A DNA stretch of 63,816 nt, filler included, from Reclinomonas americana ATCC 50394 (taxonomy: Eukaryota), in NCBI GenBank assembly GCA_048213135.1. It is 6 parts of 5 records of this genome, joined end to end, with 100 filler letters (N's around TTAATTAATTAA, not from the genome) between each part and the next. Parts side by side here need not be neighbours in the genome. Positions count along the whole stretch, not along the records: positions 58,317 to 62,487 come from PS015297.1; positions 62,588 to 63,816 come from PS015319.1; 4 more parts are not named here. One strand, 5' to 3'. Positions 60,794 to 63,816 of the stretch are shown here, in pieces. Made by a program: the position numbers and the translations under genes. Position 1 is the first letter of the stretch, and each line of letters begins with the position of its first letter. The notes under the pieces are model-generated. The model did not search any database and was not told the origin of the DNA. It saw only the letters and a list, made by a program, of their open reading frames with translations.

Positions 60794-62184
60794 TCACGCC
60801 GACACTGAGCCGCCGCCGCCGAGTGCCTGTTCGTTGTCAGTCAGTACATTTCATGCACGTAGCGAAAAGGGCGTGAATACAGACGCAACTCTCTCCCTCT
60901 CGGCGCCGGTGACCGGGTACCCGTCCAGTCGCTTGAGATTCGGCAGCCGCCGAATCACCTCAATGCGCCAGTCCTCGCCGGCGTGTTGTTGCACTGGGTT
61001 GTTGGTCATGAGCAGGTCTTCCAGGTCGGGGAGGTCGCGCTGGGAAGGGGGATAAAGGGGGAAGGGTGAGTGGAATATACAAATCTGCATCAGAAACAGC
61101 AATAAAAGCCACAGAAAGTACGCGGGCGCAAAAGCAATCAGCACATGACGTCTCTCTCATAATCTCTCACACACAATTCGTCTTGTACCTCATCCTCTTC
61201 GTCTTGTCTCTTCTGTTTCTTTCGAACTCTCTGTATCTCGTCTTTTCATTTATTTCTTCTTCCTGTTTCTTTCTTCTCTCACTTCTTTGCACAACTCTCT
61301 TTCTCTCCGTCTCTCTAACTCTTCCTCCACTCTCAGAGTATTCTGATTGCTTTTCGATTGCGATTCTTCTTCCTCTGCCTTTCACGTTCTTCTCTTCCTT
61401 GGTCTCTCTTGGCTCATTATCGCGCTCTCTTCCCTTCCTCCCTTCTCTCTTTTCTCTTCTCTCTCGCTCTATCCATACCACTCTACTCATTTGTTCGCGA
61501 TTCTTCTTTCTCTGTCTCCCAAGTTCTTCTCTTCCTTTGTCTCTCTTGGCTCATTGTCGCGCTCTCTTCCCTTCCTCCCTTCTCTCCTCGTCTCCATTTG
61601 TGATTTCTTCTCTTTCTCTCTCTATTTCTTTCCCTCAACTCTACATTCTTCAAAGTTCTTTTCGATTGCGACAATTCTCTTCCTCTGTCTTTCACGTTCT
61701 TCTCTTCCTTTGTCTCCCTTGGCTCATTGTCGCGCTCTCTTCTCCCTTCCTCCCTTCTCTCCCAATCTCGCATCCTCATTTCCTTCCCTTCGCCTTCCGT
61801 CCCCTCTTTCTCTCTCTCTCTCACACTCAAAGTCATCTTCCTTTTATCTCATGTTTTCTGTCTCTCCTTCTCCTTCCTCTCCCCCTTCTCCCCCCTTCTT
61901 CTCCCCTTCCTCACCAATCGCTCAAACTCGCTCCACGTCGCCACTTTGTTGTTCGACATGTACAACACCTGCAGCCGCTTGAGCTTCTCAATGCCGGCCA
62001 GCTTCTCGATATTGTTGTACGAGATCCACAGCTCGCGCAGCGTGCCGGCCACCGGGTCGAGGCCGGCCAGGTTCTTTAGCAGATTGCGTCCCATCGAGAG
62101 GATCTCCAGCTTGGTGAGGGCGCCGAGGTTGGAGATTTGTGCAATGTTGTTGGTGGAGAGTGAGAGCTTGCGGCAGTTGACGAG
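60794..62184 (-). CDS. DNAL1: Axonemal dynein light chain 1 (LC1, LRR protein), 5' end missing
   Basis: [17 protein letters not shown]...[12 protein letters not shown]...[15 protein letters not shown]...VLYMSNN...NNP...[17 protein letters not shown]. Confidence 0.92.
61352..61760. repeat. Three diverged ~95-bp copies within a CT-rich DNAL1 intron
   Basis: Unit containing gttcttctcttcct...cttggctcattRtcgcgctctctt...cccttcctcccttctct, starting near 61352, 61495 and 61660. Confidence 0.8.
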
Positions 62185-62603
62185 CTGTGGGGTGGAGGGA
62201 GAAGGGGGCATGAATACAAGGACGAGGAGACAATTTCTAAACTCCAGAGCGAGCTGCGCCTCTTTCTGCAGAATACGCTTGTGCTCCTTGCAACAATCTC
62301 AATCAAAAGGCAGCCCTTATGCAACTGAGTTTCACAGACAGGAGCTGACTCGGCACCGACCAATTGTTGTTTCACATCTAACTCGCTCTGTTCACTCTCT
62401 CCTCTTTTTCTCGCTCCATCTATTCTCGCCTGCTCTTTCTCTCCTCTTGTGCTCTCTCCTCTCCTTTGCACTCTCTCACACCGTCTCNNNNNNNNNNNNN
62501 NNNNNNNNNNNNNNNNNNNNNNNNNNNNNNNTTAATTAATTAANNNNNNNNNNNNNNNNNNNNNNNNNNNNNNNNNNNNNNNNNNNNTCCTTACCTACTC
62601 CTC

Positions 62604-62656
<53 letters not shown>

Positions 62657-62830
62657 GATTTCTCACCTGTTCACGATTTCTCTCAATACATTGGCAAGCA
62701 TCTGCTGTCGTTGTTCGAAGACATGTGTCTGTGGGCTTTTGTTTGTGTTCTTGGGATTGAGACTCATGTTCGCCTTGCAAAGTGCTCAAATCATTGCTAA
62801 ATTCTCTTCTCACCCCTTCTCCCAATGCAG

Positions 62831-63690
62831 GTCATGTACAAATCCAACGACGATCTCCGGCAGGACCAGTTGGTGATTCAAATGGTCCGTTTCATGGATC
62901 GCGAGCTGGTGCGCAACGGGCTCGATCTCAAGCTCACCCCGTATCCGGTGCTGGCCACTGGATGGCAAGCTGGTGCGCGCGCGCGTAGAAATGCCTTGGT
63001 GTTCTCCTTCCCCTTCTTGTTGACGACTGAGTTTTGCTTTTCCTATGTAGGCATTGTCGAATTGGTGAGCAACGTGTCGTCGCTGACAGACATTCTCGAC
63101 AACTACGGCAAGGACATCAAGCGCTTCCTCCGCGAGCACAACCCCGATCCGGTGGCTCCTTACGGCATCAAGAAGGAGGCGATGGACAATTTTGTGCGCA
63201 GCTGTGGTGAGTGTTGTGTTGTGTGGAGAAGCATGAGCGTATCTGTGGCGTACTCACTGTGCGCATCTCTGCCTCAGCTGGCTACTGCGTCATTACCCAC
63301 ATCTTGGGTGTGGGCGATCGGCACATGGAGAACCTTTTGATGACCAACGATGGTGAGTAGGTGGTTTGGTGCCCGCACGGCGTGTCATCTGCTCACGTTC
63401 TTGGTGTGTTTCGTGGCAGGCAAACTCTTCCACATTGGTTTGTCGTTGCGGTGATTGTGAATGTCTGTGGGAGTTGTCACTCACCCTGTTTTTGCAGACT
63501 TTGGCTTCATCTTTGGCGAAGATCCCAAGCCGTATCCACCACCCATGAAGATCACTAGGGAAATGGTGGAGGGCATGGGCGGCAAGGATAGGTGAGTGTC
63601 ATTTTGGCGTGGTACGTGAATGCGACACAGACTCATTTGCGCTGTGTCGACAGTGCCGAGTACATGAATTTCAAGGCCATGTGTGGCGAG
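62831..63690 (+). CDS. VPS34: Class III PI 3-kinase Vps34, catalytic-domain fragment
   Basis: [76 protein letters not shown]. Confidence 0.94.
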
Positions 63691-63816
63691 GTGAGCGGTG
63701 GGGAAGAGGGTGGGGAAGGGTGAAGGGGGAAGGGGGAAGGAGGAAGGGGGAAAGGGGAAAAGGGGAGGGGGAAGGGAGAGGTTTGCTGGGAGAAGGGAAT
63801 AGAGAGGGTGGATAAT

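Noticed and set aside
61066..62079. Leu/Ser/Phe-rich ORFs resembling membrane proteins (also 46464-46988, 56887-57603)
   Set aside because: Translations of intronic CT microsatellites.
17309..62543. Recurrent palindrome TTAATTAATTAA
   Set aside because: Always centred in 100-bp N blocks; an artificial six-frame-stop gap linker.
1..63816. Stop-codon reassignment
   Set aside because: Apparent in-frame stops fall inside GT-AG introns, and TAA, TAG and TGA all end conserved genes.
1..63816. CRISPR array, rRNA, tRNA or intact transposase/RT genes
   Set aside because: No repeat-spacer periodicity or recognisable motifs seen by eye; small RNAs cannot be excluded without covariance searches.

Overview
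Gene-dense, intron-rich (mostly 55-90 nt introns) nuclear DNA from a eukaryotic microbe using the standard genetic code. It is a gapped scaffold with five 100-bp N/TTAATTAATTAA/N linkers and other N gaps. Recognisable genes: D-2-hydroxyglutarate dehydrogenase, two glycosyltransferases, a small intronless 2H-phosphoesterase-like ORF, a METTL6-like methyltransferase, cycloartenol synthase, an ATG7-like E1, a PI-phospholipase C, SCC2/NIPBL with a PHD finger, MKKS/BBS6, archaemetzincin, a large ankyrin protein, a NERD1-like protein, a multi-TM RGS protein, eEF2 (5' part), a filamin-HECT E3 ligase, a secreted PHB depolymerase, DNAL1 and Vps34. This content suggests a flagellated, probably bacterivorous, non-opisthokont protist (inference). 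Most notable: (1) about 30 introns use a +1-shifted 5' splice-site class, GTT(G/A)CG, almost never preceded by exonic G; (2) the PI-PLC has a signal peptide and only the X/Y catalytic halves; (3) the ATG7 homologue has Ala at the catalytic Cys; (4) an unrecognised gene carries five tandem copies of a domain with identical 264-nt core exons. All gene models were spliced by eye and family calls are from recalled motifs; no searches were run.
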